The position numbers were made by a program, and so were the translations under genes. This document shows positions 36,990-47,158 of a stretch of 49,071 bases of DNA, in pieces. The stretch lies in the sequence record SRR31156797_8627; one strand, 5' to 3'. Each line of letters begins with the position of its first letter. Within the stretch, counting starts at the first letter, position 1. The notes beneath the pieces were generated by a model. It saw nothing but the letters and a program-made list of their open reading frames with translations, was not told the DNA's origin and did not search any database.

Positions 36990-37382
36990 ATGACCACGGA
37001 AGAATTCCCCACCCTCGCCGCAAACGGCACAATTGAAACCGAAACCGGCTCTATCCAATGCTCAAACCTTGAATGGAACCCACACCCCGCTTTTGAAGGA
37101 GTCTATCTCAAGCACCTTATCACTGGAGATAAGACCGCAGGTCAGCTGAGCTGCCACATTGTCAAAATTGACCCCGACTGCACCCTTGAAGCGCATACCC
37201 ATGAGAACCAGTGGGAATTGCACGAAATCATCGGCGGAAACGGAAATGCGATGCTTGCAGACAAATCAACTTCCTACCATCCTGGAAAATCCGCAGTAAT
37301 CCCCAAAGGAAAGAAGCATAGCGTAAAAGCTGGTCCGGAAGGACTGACTCTGCTTGCCAAGTTTTTCCCGGCTTTGATATGA
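36990..37382 (+). CDS. Cupin domain protein
   Basis: HTHENQWE and IPKGKKHSV cupin motifs; AGGAGG SD before ATG 36990. Confidence 0.9.
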   Translation: MTTEEFPTLAANGTIETETGSIQCSNLEWNPHPAFEGVYLKHLITGDKTAGQLSCHIVKIDPDCTLEAHTHENQWELHEIIGGNGNAMLADKSTSYHPGKSAVIPKGKKHSVKAGPEGLTLLAKFFPALI

Positions 37383-37392
37383 CCTTGAACAA

Positions 37393-38229
37393 ATGACAAA
37401 ACAAAATAAAAAACTGGTCTTCCATGAACTGGAAGAACTACCTGAAGCCATTCTTGTTGAAGCATGTGAAATCGCAAACCGTTTTCCGCGTCACATCCAT
37501 TCCAGTTATATATTCAGCCTGATAGATCAGGGTGAACGCAGGGTCAGCATGAATTCCCAAACTCATTCATATCGTGCCGGGGAGATGTGTATACTTCCCC
37601 CCGGCACTTCTCATAGCTGCGAATCTATCTGCGAAGACAAATTCGGGCCTCATTCATACCGCGCCCTATGCGTCAATACTTCCTATATGCAAAGTCTTGC
37701 AGAAGAAATCAGTGGCAAAGCCTGTGCTGAGCCACATTTTGACCCTGCTGTAGTTTATAAAGATTTTGACCGGAATTCATTTAACGAACTATTCTCCCTT
37801 GCCAAAACAACAGGGACATCACTTGAAAAACAAGCAGCTCTTAACACTTTCCTATACCATGCCCTGGAGCATTTCAGCACCAAGCAAATTATCCCTGAAA
37901 CAACCGGACCTCAGCATGAAGCTTTAATAAGAGTAAAAGAATACATCGACAATAATTACAAACACAAAATAACCTTGGACAATCTTGCGGAAACAGGGTG
38001 CCTCAGTCCGTTTCATCTACAAAAATTATTTGTAAACAAATACGGGCTCTCACCGCAGGAGCACATCATATCCTGCCGCATTTACGAAGCCAAAGCCCGG
38101 ATTCAGTCCGGAGACACACTTATCGAAGCAGCACTTAATTCCGGTTTTTCTGACCAAAGTCATTTTTCACGCCACTTCAAAAGGGTAATAGGTATTTCAC
38201 CCGGACATTTCCTCCGGGAGAACAGATAG
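37393..38229 (+). CDS. AraC family transcriptional regulator
   Basis: FPRHIH ligand domain; C-terminal LSPFHL..F..GLSP, GFSDQSHFSRHFK. Confidence 0.95.
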   Translation: MTKQNKKLVFHELEELPEAILVEACEIANRFPRHIHSSYIFSLIDQGERRVSMNSQTHSYRAGEMCILPPGTSHSCESICEDKFGPHSYRALCVNTSYMQSLAEEISGKACAEPHFDPAVVYKDFDRNSFNELFSLAKTTGTSLEKQAALNTFLYHALEHFSTKQIIPETTGPQHEALIRVKEYIDNNYKHKITLDNLAETGCLSPFHLQKLFVNKYGLSPQEHIISCRIYEAKARIQSGDTLIEAALNSGFSDQSHFSRHFKRVIGISPGHFLRENR

Positions 38230-38380
38230 CTTGAATAATACCCGTGAATAGGATTTTTAAATACAAAACAAGCGCATTCAAAAGCTGAACAAATAGTGAA
38301 CGCTTTTTTGCCCTGTTCAGGTTGACTTACCTTGTATGAGGGCTATTCTGTTAGAAAACCAACCTCAAAAGGAGAAAATA

Positions 38381-38698
38381 ATGCTTAAGATCACAGAAAA
38401 AGCAAAAGAAGTTCTTGATCAGCACTTTGAAGAAAAAGACAAAGAGCCGATTCGCATATACATCGCCTCCGCATGCAGCGGAACCCGTCTGGCACTTGGA
38501 ATTGATTCCGCAAAAGACGGTGATGAAACCATCAATATTGAAGGCTACGACTTTGTAGTTGATCAGGAACTTTTCGAACAGGCCAAACCTATGGTGATCG
38601 ACCTTTCCCCCATGGGTATTGAAATCTCTTCCTCCCTCGTCTTCGAAGAAGCCGAGAGTGGTTGTGGCGGCGGCTGCAGCGGCTGCGGCTGCGGCTAA
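38381..38698 (+). CDS. IscA/HesB family protein
   Basis: MLKITEKA..IRIYIASACSG..LALGID..D pattern; Cys/Gly-rich tail; AAGGAG SD; TTGACT-16-TATTCT upstream. Confidence 0.85.
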   Translation: MLKITEKAKEVLDQHFEEKDKEPIRIYIASACSGTRLALGIDSAKDGDETINIEGYDFVVDQELFEQAKPMVIDLSPMGIEISSSLVFEEAESGCGGGCSGCGCG

Positions 38699-38729
38699 TC
38701 AGATCGACAATAAAGAACATCTGGAACAC

Positions 38730-38764
38730 AAAGACCGGGACCTTTATGGTTCCGGTCTTTTTTT
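38730..38764 (+). terminator. Terminator after HesB-like gene
   Basis: aaagaccgggacc/ggttccggtcttt plus T tail. Confidence 0.85.
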
Positions 38765-38797
38765 ACATAAAGCAGACTCTGTGCTAGACCGACCTTC

Positions 38798-40999
38798 ATG
38801 CTCGCACTCAAAAACATATCATATATTCTCACCACGATCATTCTCTGCATTTCACTGTGCGCCTGTTCAAATAAAAATTACAAGGACCAGCTTTCTCCTT
38901 ACTCCGGCCCCATAAGAACCATACTTGAAACTTCGGGCGGCAACCGTACTGAATTAGAAAATTTCATTTCCAGATATGAAGGAAAACCGGAAAAACATCA
39001 GGCCGCACAATTTCTGGCCGCCAATCTTCCGCCTTCTGACCGGGCCGGACTCTCAGCTGAAAATTTGAGAGAGATCCTCGACTATGCCTTCCTTGCCCGC
39101 GAATCAACGCCATGGGGAAAAGACGTATCTTGGAGCGACTTCCTGCACTATGTACTGCCCCACCGGGTAAGTCAGGAAAAAGCAGTTAGTTGGCGCAAAC
39201 AATTTTACAACGAACTTCTTCCGCTGGTTGCAGACTGCGCATCTATGGAAGAGGCTGTACTTGCCATAAACCGCTGGTGTTTTTCCAAAACAGGATTCAA
39301 ATCCACCCAGCGCTGGGACCAAAACCCACTCATGACCATCAACCGGGGCTGGGGGAGATGCGAAGAAGCGGTAATCCTCACCGTAAGCGCGCTGCGCAGT
39401 GTGGGCATTCCCGCAAGACAGGCCATGGTTCCAGCGTGGCAGCACTCCAATGACAACCACACCTGGACCGAAGTTCAGGTGGACGGTAAATGGCATTATA
39501 TTGAATCCGCAAACCCAGATTACGGACTTGACCATGCATGGTTCAGCGGCTCAGTACGTAAAGCCCCGCTGGTAATTTCCTATGCATACGGTAATGCTAA
39601 CCCTACGGATTATCCTATTCTGGGCCGTTCTTTCGGCTGTACACTAATTAACACCACAGCCCGCTATGCCCCGGCAAGCAAAACGGAGGTGCTGGTCACC
39701 GATTCCAAAGGCAACCCTCAGCCTGAAACGAGAATATTTTTTTCGGTCCTGAATTATGCTTCTTTTCGACCTGTTGCCAGCAAGACCACCGACGCTGAAG
39801 GTAAGGCAAAAATCACATTAGGCCCGGGGTCTGTACTTATCTCTGCTGCAAACGGTGATGAGTCCGCATACACAGGATCGATCTGGATTCCCGGAGAACA
39901 GCCTGCTCGCCCCGCGATAATGCTCAGAATGCAGCAGGAAAACAAACCGGAAGGGACTATCAGCTTTAAATTTGCCTACAAGGATACGTTAAACATTCCC
40001 ACACCGCCCAAGAATTCAGAAGGAGCAAAAAAAGCTGAATTTGATTCCATAAGAAATAAACGGCTGCATAAATTGGCAGGCATGAAAAAGGGTGCTGGAA
40101 TAGCGTCCCCTGACAATGGATCAGCCATTGCAAAATCCGGGTTGAACACCCCGCAAATATTGCTAGCGCTAGCCACCTGCCCAGCCTCAAACCGAGATTC
40201 ACTGCTCAAGTCACTTCCCATCATACCGGCGGCAGATCTGCTGACCGTTAATGACATTGAGTTAATTGAGAATGCTAAATTATCTGATCTGGCAAGAAAA
40301 GAAGCTGAATCAACAGACTTAAAATACTCTGACAGTATTTTCGAGCAATACGTACTTAACCCACGCATCATGTACGAGCAGCAAAGCAGCTGGCGCAAAC
40401 TCCTGCATGAGAATTTTAGTCTGGCTAAAGTGGGTGGACTGAAAAAATTGCTAAAGAAAATAGGAAGGTTTAATTCCGAAATATCAGCAATACAACGTGG
40501 CCCATTAGGAAGCTCTCTCACCCCGGCTCAAGTACTGGATACCCGCAAGACATCCTCGCTTGCAGAAATCTGTATCTTCAACACCGCAGCCCTGCGCAGC
40601 GCAGGAGTCCCGGCCCGTTATCTTGAAGAACTGGACTGGATAGAATTCCATGACGGTGAAAACTGGAAACCATTTTATCCGCAACATCCAGAACAAACAG
40701 GTAATAAGAATGCAACAATGAAAAGTCAGGCGTTTTATTCAAAATGGCAGAGCATGAAATTCAAAATACCCTCTTTTGAAAACAAAAAACGCAGCCCCCA
40801 ATACTTCAAAGATTTTTCAGTCTCCCGACTAGTAGACAAAAATCGATTTCAAATCATTGAAAAAACAGTTCAAGGTAAAATTGACCAAGACAGCAAAGCA
40901 TGGGAGATAACTACTCCGCAAGGAGAATACTACCTAATCAGCATACAACGGAACAGCCAAAATGAACCGACCATTTATATCCGCAAAATAGGAAAATAA
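38798..40999 (+). CDS. Transglutaminase-like domain lipoprotein
   Basis: Lipobox LCAC; GRCEE..ALRSVGIPAR..NHTWTE..WHYIE; second degenerate repeat ALRSAGVPAR. Confidence 0.88.
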   Translation: MLALKNISYILTTIILCISLCACSNKNYKDQLSPYSGPIRTILETSGGNRTELENFISRYEGKPEKHQAAQFLAANLPPSDRAGLSAENLREILDYAFLARESTPWGKDVSWSDFLHYVLPHRVSQEKAVSWRKQFYNELLPLVADCASMEEAVLAINRWCFSKTGFKSTQRWDQNPLMTINRGWGRCEEAVILTVSALRSVGIPARQAMVPAWQHSNDNHTWTEVQVDGKWHYIESANPDYGLDHAWFSGSVRKAPLVISYAYGNANPTDYPILGRSFGCTLINTTARYAPASKTEVLVTDSKGNPQPETRIFFSVLNYASFRPVASKTTDAEGKAKITLGPGSVLISAANGDESAYTGSIWIPGEQPARPAIMLRMQQENKPEGTISFKFAYKDTLNIPTPPKNSEGAKKAEFDSIRNKRLHKLAGMKKGAGIASPDNGSAIAKSGLNTPQILLALATCPASNRDSLLKSLPIIPAADLLTVNDIELIENAKLSDLARKEAESTDLKYSDSIFEQYVLNPRIMYEQQSSWRKLLHENFSLAKVGGLKKLLKKIGRFNSEISAIQRGPLGSSLTPAQVLDTRKTSSLAEICIFNTAALRSAGVPARYLEELDWIEFHDGENWKPFYPQHPEQTGNKNATMKSQAFYSKWQSMKFKIPSFENKKRSPQYFKDFSVSRLVDKNRFQIIEKTVQGKIDQDSKAWEITTPQGEYYLISIQRNSQNEPTIYIRKIGK

Positions 41000-41086
41000 G
41001 GTTACTATGGCGCAAGGTTATGATATTTCAAAAATGAGACAAGCTGACTTGCAACTCACCAATTATTAAAGTATCCACTTACTACA

Positions 41087-44000
41087 ATGCACGAATTACT
41101 GGAAAAACAACTAAAAGACACCATCGGAGACCAGTCTACAGAACTGGCCGATGAGCTGAACTGTTTCATAAACTTGGTTGAAAAAACGTACTCCGGTCTT
41201 GATGCATCGACCCTTGTACCGAACTCACCTGCTGTGAGCATTTTGCATTTCATTCCAGACCCGGCATTCATAATCAATAAAAAAGGCGTCGTCGTTGCGT
41301 GGAACCCTGCCCTTGAAAAGCTCACGGGTACTATGGCCAAAGACATCATAGGCAAAGACGACTTCGAACACATCAACACAATTCATGGAAAAAGAACTCC
41401 CGGCCTGATCGATCTTGTTAACGGTTGTGATGAACTGGGTGAAATTGAATACAGTGCTATCAGCCGCAGAGGAAGAGCTCTTGCTGCTGAAATATGTATC
41501 CAGAACCTCGGCAACCGCAAAAGCACCAACCTCTGGGTCCAGTCAGCTCCTATTCTGGATGCACACGGTAACACGATCGGTGCCATTGAATCCCTTCGTG
41601 ATATTTCGGCACGTAAGCAGACCGAAAATATCAACTTGATCCTCTACAAAATCTCATCTGCCCTGAACTCAACAGCAGATACGCCCATCTTTCTCCAGCA
41701 AGTTCACGAAAGCCTGAAACCGTTCATTGAAGCTGAAAACTTCTTTGTCGGACTCTACAACGAAGAACAGAAGACATTAACATTTCCGTATTACGCTGAC
41801 GAAAAAGATTTCATGGCACCCTATACCGTCCTGCCAATGATTGAGGGTAAAAGCCTAAGTGCAGAAGTAATTAAGGCTGAACACCCTCTGCTGCTTGATG
41901 AAAATGATTTCCGTGACCAAAGAACCAACAGCATCAATCACGTAGGCTCTGCTGCAAAATCATGGATGGGCATCCCCCTGAAACACGGGGGTAAAATAAT
42001 GGGCGTAATGGCAATCCAATCGTACGAACGTTCCGGGGTCTATAACTCTCAAGACATTGACCTGATGGTGGCCATATCCGAACAAGTTGCTGCAGCCCTA
42101 TTACGCAGACAAGCCGAAGAAGCTTTGCTGGAAAGTGAAAAAAAATTCCGTTCAATCTTTGAAAACGCAACAGTAGCCATTTTTCAAATATCTGCTGCTG
42201 GCAAAGTTACAGTAGCCAACCCAGCACTGGCAGCAATCATGGGATATGACAGCGTTGACAAAATGCTGGCAAAAAACAATCAAGCTTCAAGATTTCTCTA
42301 TGACTTTGAAGAACGTCAAAAATTCCTGAAAAGGCTGCTAACCGATGGATCGGTCAATGGTATGCTGCTACGAGTAAACCATCGCCACGGAAAAGAAAAA
42401 TGGGTGACCATTAATGCCCGCACTTCCTATGACGCTCAAGGGAAACCCGTCCTTTACACGGGAACAGCTTTCGACTCCACTTTGGAGATTGTAGCTGAGC
42501 GTAAGATTTTCAGACATAAATCCCGGTTCATGCAACTCTTTGAAAGCTCCCCGCAGGCCATAGCTCTTACAGATTCCAAAGGAAATGTAGTGGACACAAA
42601 CCGGGCCTTCAGCAAGCTTTTCGGCTACACCACTGAAGAGATGGCCCCCTGCTGCGAAAATCTTTCACCAACCAATCCAGGTAAGATCAAGGCAAACCTG
42701 AAAAAGATCCTCAGCGGACAGACATACCGAACAGAAGATATGCGCCGCCATAAAAACGGCAGACTGATCCCGGTTTCAATTCTCGGGTACCCCTTTCTTT
42801 ACAATGATGAAATTTCGGGGACATTCATAATTTATGATGATATTTCACAACGTAAAGAATACGAACGCAGACTTTCTTACCAGTCCCTGCACGACTCCCT
42901 GACCGGGCTGCCCAACCGCACATTTTTCCTTGAACGTCTAGAAGAAACACTGGACATGTCCCGCAAGATTACGGAAAGGACTTTCGCAGTCCTGATGCTT
43001 GATATCGACATGTTCAAGCGAATCAATGACAGTCTAGGTCATCAGGCCGGGGACGAACTGCTCATTGAAGTAGGTAAAAGGATAAAGCATTGCCTGCGTC
43101 CGGTTGATACCGTTGCAAGAATGGGCGGTGACGAATTTGCGGTATTGATTGAAGATTTTTCCACTCCCCAGATGGTCATCCAGATAATTCGCGACATCCG
43201 CAATGAAATCCGCAAGCCGATGAATATCTCCTCACGGGAAGTTGTCATCAGCTCCAGTATCGGCATTGTTTTTAAGACCTCAAGCTACGAACATCCCGAG
43301 CACATCATCCGTGATGCCGACATCAGCATGTACAAAGCCAAAGAACAAGGGGTAAACAAGTTCAAGGTTTTCAACAAAACCATGCACGAAAAAGCCCTGC
43401 AAAGCCTGCTGATTGAAACTGAGATAAGACAAGGCATCCCTGAAAATGAATTTTTTCCATACTTCCAGCCGGTCTACAGCATGCAAAACCGCAATCTGGC
43501 CGGATTTGAGGCCCTTGTGCGCTGGAACCATCCGGACCGGGGCTTCCTGACCCCGGACCAAATTATCCCTGTTGCCGAAGAAACAGGATTGATAGTTGAA
43601 CTTGATCGAATCATTCTTTTTGAAGCTTGCAGATTCATGTCCTCATGGATCAGCCGTTACCCCAATGCCAAAGATCTTTTCCTGACTGTCAACCTATCCC
43701 CCAGTCAGCTTTCCAAACCGGACCTTGCCGAAGCTATTGAGACAATAATACAGGAAACGGAGATCCCGGCTGACAACCTTAAGCTGGAAATAACTGAATC
43801 CGCGATAATGGAACGCAATGCTGCCTCTTCCCTGAACCTAAAAAAAATAGGTGAAATGGGGATCAGACTGGCGGTTGATGACTTCGGTACCGGCTATTCA
43901 TCACTGGCCCAGTTGCAACGCTTTCCAGCCTCCACCGTCAAAATTGACCGCTCATTTGTCAGCCATATGGCCAGCGACCACGAATCCCTTGAGATTGTTC

Positions 44001-44209
44001 GCGCGGTAAATGCTCTTGGTCACAGCCTGAGCATGGACGTCATTGCTGAAGGTGTTGAAACAAGACAGCAGCTCATTCTGCTCAATGATATCGGCTGCGA
44101 TTACGTTCAGGGATATTACTTTGACAAGCCCCAGACTAAAGAAGACGCAGAAAAACTGGTCAAGATGCGCTCCGAAGTTTTTTGCCCTCCCGGATTAACT
44201 ACAATTTAA
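41087..44209 (+). CDS. PAS-GAF-PAS-PAS-GGDEF-EAL c-di-GMP signalling protein
   Basis: SWMGIPL GAF, several PAS, HDSLTGLPNR, GGDEF, FEALVRW, DDFGTGYSS, VIAEGVE. Confidence 0.95.
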   Translation: MHELLEKQLKDTIGDQSTELADELNCFINLVEKTYSGLDASTLVPNSPAVSILHFIPDPAFIINKKGVVVAWNPALEKLTGTMAKDIIGKDDFEHINTIHGKRTPGLIDLVNGCDELGEIEYSAISRRGRALAAEICIQNLGNRKSTNLWVQSAPILDAHGNTIGAIESLRDISARKQTENINLILYKISSALNSTADTPIFLQQVHESLKPFIEAENFFVGLYNEEQKTLTFPYYADEKDFMAPYTVLPMIEGKSLSAEVIKAEHPLLLDENDFRDQRTNSINHVGSAAKSWMGIPLKHGGKIMGVMAIQSYERSGVYNSQDIDLMVAISEQVAAALLRRQAEEALLESEKKFRSIFENATVAIFQISAAGKVTVANPALAAIMGYDSVDKMLAKNNQASRFLYDFEERQKFLKRLLTDGSVNGMLLRVNHRHGKEKWVTINARTSYDAQGKPVLYTGTAFDSTLEIVAERKIFRHKSRFMQLFESSPQAIALTDSKGNVVDTNRAFSKLFGYTTEEMAPCCENLSPTNPGKIKANLKKILSGQTYRTEDMRRHKNGRLIPVSILGYPFLYNDEISGTFIIYDDISQRKEYERRLSYQSLHDSLTGLPNRTFFLERLEETLDMSRKITERTFAVLMLDIDMFKRINDSLGHQAGDELLIEVGKRIKHCLRPVDTVARMGGDEFAVLIEDFSTPQMVIQIIRDIRNEIRKPMNISSREVVISSSIGIVFKTSSYEHPEHIIRDADISMYKAKEQGVNKFKVFNKTMHEKALQSLLIETEIRQGIPENEFFPYFQPVYSMQNRNLAGFEALVRWNHPDRGFLTPDQIIPVAEETGLIVELDRIILFEACRFMSSWISRYPNAKDLFLTVNLSPSQLSKPDLAEAIETIIQETEIPADNLKLEITESAIMERNAASSLNLKKIGEMGIRLAVDDFGTGYSSLAQLQRFPASTVKIDRSFVSHMASDHESLEIVRAVNALGHSLSMDVIAEGVETRQQLILLNDIGCDYVQGYYFDKPQTKEDAEKLVKMRSEVFCPPGLTTI

Positions 44210-44308
44210 TACCTCTACCCCCTCCTTCCCTTTTACCGCTCCTGCTTGTTCACGGATAGTTTTGCGTGTATGCTCCAAGAAAAAGAACTGTCATTTTCAG
44301 GAGTAAAG

Positions 44309-44788
44309 ATGAAACACACTATATCTGCACTTGTAAAAAACAAAACCGGAGTTCTGGCCGAATCCTCAGCCGCTTTTCAAGACAACAAAATCAACATCAC
44401 TTCCATTTCCTGCGGTGAAACTGAAAACATGGATGTCTCACGCATGGTCATATGCGCCGAGGGCAGTAGAGAAGAAATAACCACGGTCACCGAACAGCTA
44501 AAAGCCATGGACTTTGTCATTCAACTGGATGATCTCGCCCGCAAGGAGTTCGTGGATCGCGAGCTTGTGCTTATAAAAGTTGAAGTAAACAAGGATACCA
44601 TGTCGCAGGTAATGCAGATTTTCGAAGTATTCCGGGCCGACGTTGTTGGCATGGGCCAGAAAACCATTACCGTCGAGCTGAGTGGAGATCAGGAAAGGGT
44701 TGAAGGCCTAATCAAAATCCTCCAACCTTTCGGGATCAAAAGCCTCTGCCGTACCGGTATGATAGCACTTAAACGCGGAGATGAATAA
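44309..44788 (+). CDS. ilvN: Acetolactate synthase small (ACT regulatory) subunit-like, no adjacent large subunit
   Basis: MKHTISALVKN..GVL, NITSI, RELVLIKV, FRADVV, RTGMIALKRG; CAGGAG SD before ATG 44309. Confidence 0.8.
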   Translation: MKHTISALVKNKTGVLAESSAAFQDNKINITSISCGETENMDVSRMVICAEGSREEITTVTEQLKAMDFVIQLDDLARKEFVDRELVLIKVEVNKDTMSQVMQIFEVFRADVVGMGQKTITVELSGDQERVEGLIKILQPFGIKSLCRTGMIALKRGDE

Positions 44789-44853
44789 CGCTCAACTATT
44801 GCGGAATTGATCTTAATCCAGACGGAACATCCAGACCGTAAAAAGGTGCGCAC

Positions 44854-45765
44854 ATGACCATAACATCACTAGATGAAATCATTGCAGCAGTTCGCAATCA
44901 TGAACGTCCTGCGCGCGTAGCAATTGCTCCATGCGCAGAAGAATTTGTAATCCGCTCCGCCCTCACAGCACATAAAGAAGGAATTGCCGAGCCAATATTT
45001 ATCGGTAACAAAGAGAAATCTCTTGCTGTGGCGCAAGCACACGGATTGAATATAAACGGATTTGAATTTCACGATGAAACCGACGATGTCGAAGCAGTGG
45101 CAATCGCAGTATCGTATTTTAAAGAAGGCAAAGCCGACCTAATCATGAAAGGGCTGGTCAGTACCAGCACAGTTCTCAAAGCCATCCTCAATAAACAAAC
45201 CGGAGTTCCCACAAAAGGAATCATCAGTCACGTAAGTGTGTTTGAAGCATCTTCCCAGAAAAGACTGATCCTGCTGACCGATGCAGGAGTCAACATCAAA
45301 CCCAACCTGCAACGCAAAGCGGACATCTTACGCAATGCCATTGATGTTGCCCGCAAACTCGGGATGGAGAAGCCCAAAGCGGCCATCCTTGCGGCCACGG
45401 AAAAAGTAAACTACCCGGCCATGCCCGCCACACTTGATGCGGATATCCTTGCCAAGATGGCTGCAGAAGGCGCTTTCGGCTCTGCATATGTTGCAGGACC
45501 ATTGGCCTTAGACCTCGCCATTTCAACAGCAGCGGCAACATGCAAAGGAATCGACGATCCTGTGGCCGGATGCGCGGACATCCTACTCACCCCCGAAATT
45601 GAGAGTGGAAACATCCTTTACAAGGCTCTGGCTACCATTGCAGGAAAAACCATGGCCAGCGTGGTTGTAGGCAGTGAAGTCCCCATTGTGGTCTCATCAA
45701 GAGGCGACTCCGACAGCTCAAAATTCCATTCCATAGCACTGGCCTGCTATCTTTCAGGAATGTAA
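44854..45765 (+). CDS. ptb: Phosphate butyryl/acetyltransferase
   Basis: ADLIMKGLV, LTDAGVNI.P, GPLALDLA, ADILL.P.IESGNILYK, VSSRGDS. Confidence 0.85.
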   Translation: MTITSLDEIIAAVRNHERPARVAIAPCAEEFVIRSALTAHKEGIAEPIFIGNKEKSLAVAQAHGLNINGFEFHDETDDVEAVAIAVSYFKEGKADLIMKGLVSTSTVLKAILNKQTGVPTKGIISHVSVFEASSQKRLILLTDAGVNIKPNLQRKADILRNAIDVARKLGMEKPKAAILAATEKVNYPAMPATLDADILAKMAAEGAFGSAYVAGPLALDLAISTAAATCKGIDDPVAGCADILLTPEIESGNILYKALATIAGKTMASVVVGSEVPIVVSSRGDSDSSKFHSIALACYLSGM

Positions 45766-45841
45766 ATTGACTTTATGACGACAGGTTTTATCACTAGCAT
45801 AAGACAGAGTCGGTAATAATGACGTTCGGTTAAGGGAGAAC

Positions 45842-46612
45842 ATGAAAAACTTATTCAAATCCATCATAACAATTTTGATGGCCATACTGTTGGCCCCTCA
45901 AGATAGCTTTGCAGCGAAACAGCTTACTTTTGTAACAGACCCCTTCCCTCCCTACTACTATGAAGATGCTGGCACGGCTAAAGGATTACAAATTGAATTG
46001 GCAAAAGCAGTTTTTGATAAAATGCATACCCGATTCAAAGTAAAGTTCCTTCCGTGGAAAAGGGCACTCCTCATGGCTGAATCCGGTAAAGTGGACGGTA
46101 TTTTTGGCCTGCGTAAAACAAAAGCACGACAACGATGGCTTATTTATCCCGAAGAACCGTTCATGCTTATAACTTCAACAATATTCAAACGTATCGACGA
46201 CCCCTTTGTGTATACCGGGATACCTTCACTCAAAGGCAAATACATTGGAATAACAAAAGGCTATACATACGGTGAAAAATTCGACAACAGCACAATATTT
46301 CATACAGATGAGGTAAAAAACATACGTCAGAATTTCTTAAAACTTATGGCCGGACGAGTTGATCTGGTTGCTGGCTACCTTACAGTGGGCAATCATATTT
46401 TACAGGCTATGAATCTGGAGAATAAAATTATAGCCAGCCCTATTGCGATTCATGTAACCCCACTCTATATCGGATTCACCCGCAAACCGGGCAATGGCAA
46501 AATAAGTCTTAAGTTCTCAAGCACCTTAAAAGAATTTAAAAATTCAAAAGAATGCGAAGAAACTATGCGAAAATTCAGCATTAAAACGGATGCACCCTCT
46601 CCGTGTAATTAA
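45842..46612 (+). CDS. Periplasmic substrate-binding protein, family 3
   Basis: Signal peptide, FPPYY, PWKRAL, G..KGYTYG, GRVDL; no ABC permease adjacent. Confidence 0.88.
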   Translation: MKNLFKSIITILMAILLAPQDSFAAKQLTFVTDPFPPYYYEDAGTAKGLQIELAKAVFDKMHTRFKVKFLPWKRALLMAESGKVDGIFGLRKTKARQRWLIYPEEPFMLITSTIFKRIDDPFVYTGIPSLKGKYIGITKGYTYGEKFDNSTIFHTDEVKNIRQNFLKLMAGRVDLVAGYLTVGNHILQAMNLENKIIASPIAIHVTPLYIGFTRKPGNGKISLKFSSTLKEFKNSKECEETMRKFSIKTDAPSPCN

Positions 46613-46627
46613 TTAGCACAGCATCAA

Positions 46628-47065
46628 TCAGGCATGTCCCGATGAACACAAAACCCATACTCCGGAACCGATCAGCAAGATCCCGAAAACGGAAGTAATT
46701 GAGAAGTGTTCCCGATAAATCAAAGCCCCCAAAGGGATAAGACAGGCCATGACCACACCATTAACTAAAATGGGTAAGGTGTTTACATTGGCTCCGGCTT
46801 TGTAAGTTAGCAGCACACCGATCTCAATTCCGAACACCGCCAACCCCAACAGCAAAACCGGCCAATTCTTAAAGCTTACAATATCCAAAACTTCTATCTT
46901 TCCGGTCTGAAAAAACATTCCCGCCAGACTGAAAACCATGGCTATGGCATAAGCAAAAGCAAGAGATCCGAAAATGGAACCGCCCCCGGCAATACTTTTT
47001 TGAGCAAGGTGATAAATCACGGAAGAAGCCACAACAACCGCGATTGAACCATAGAAAGCAAACAT
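46628..47065 (-). CDS. Small EamA/DMT-type membrane transporter
   Basis: 145 aa, about 5 TM, YHLAQK, IEIG..YKAG, REHFS...GILL. Confidence 0.8.
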   Translation of the reverse strand: MFAFYGSIAVVVASSVIYHLAQKSIAGGGSIFGSLAFAYAIAMVFSLAGMFFQTGKIEVLDIVSFKNWPVLLLGLAVFGIEIGVLLTYKAGANVNTLPILVNGVVMACLIPLGALIYREHFSITSVFGILLIGSGVWVLCSSGHA

Positions 47066-47158
47066 TTAAATTTCCCCTAAAATAAAGTAGTAATTTATAT
47101 GAAGGAATAGCTACTCCCGCTTATTAACTTTTACCACTGAAAACTATTCATTCCCTGT

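Noticed and set aside
38657-38695. GGC/TGC short tandem repeat
   Set aside because: Simply encodes the Gly/Cys tail of the HesB-like protein
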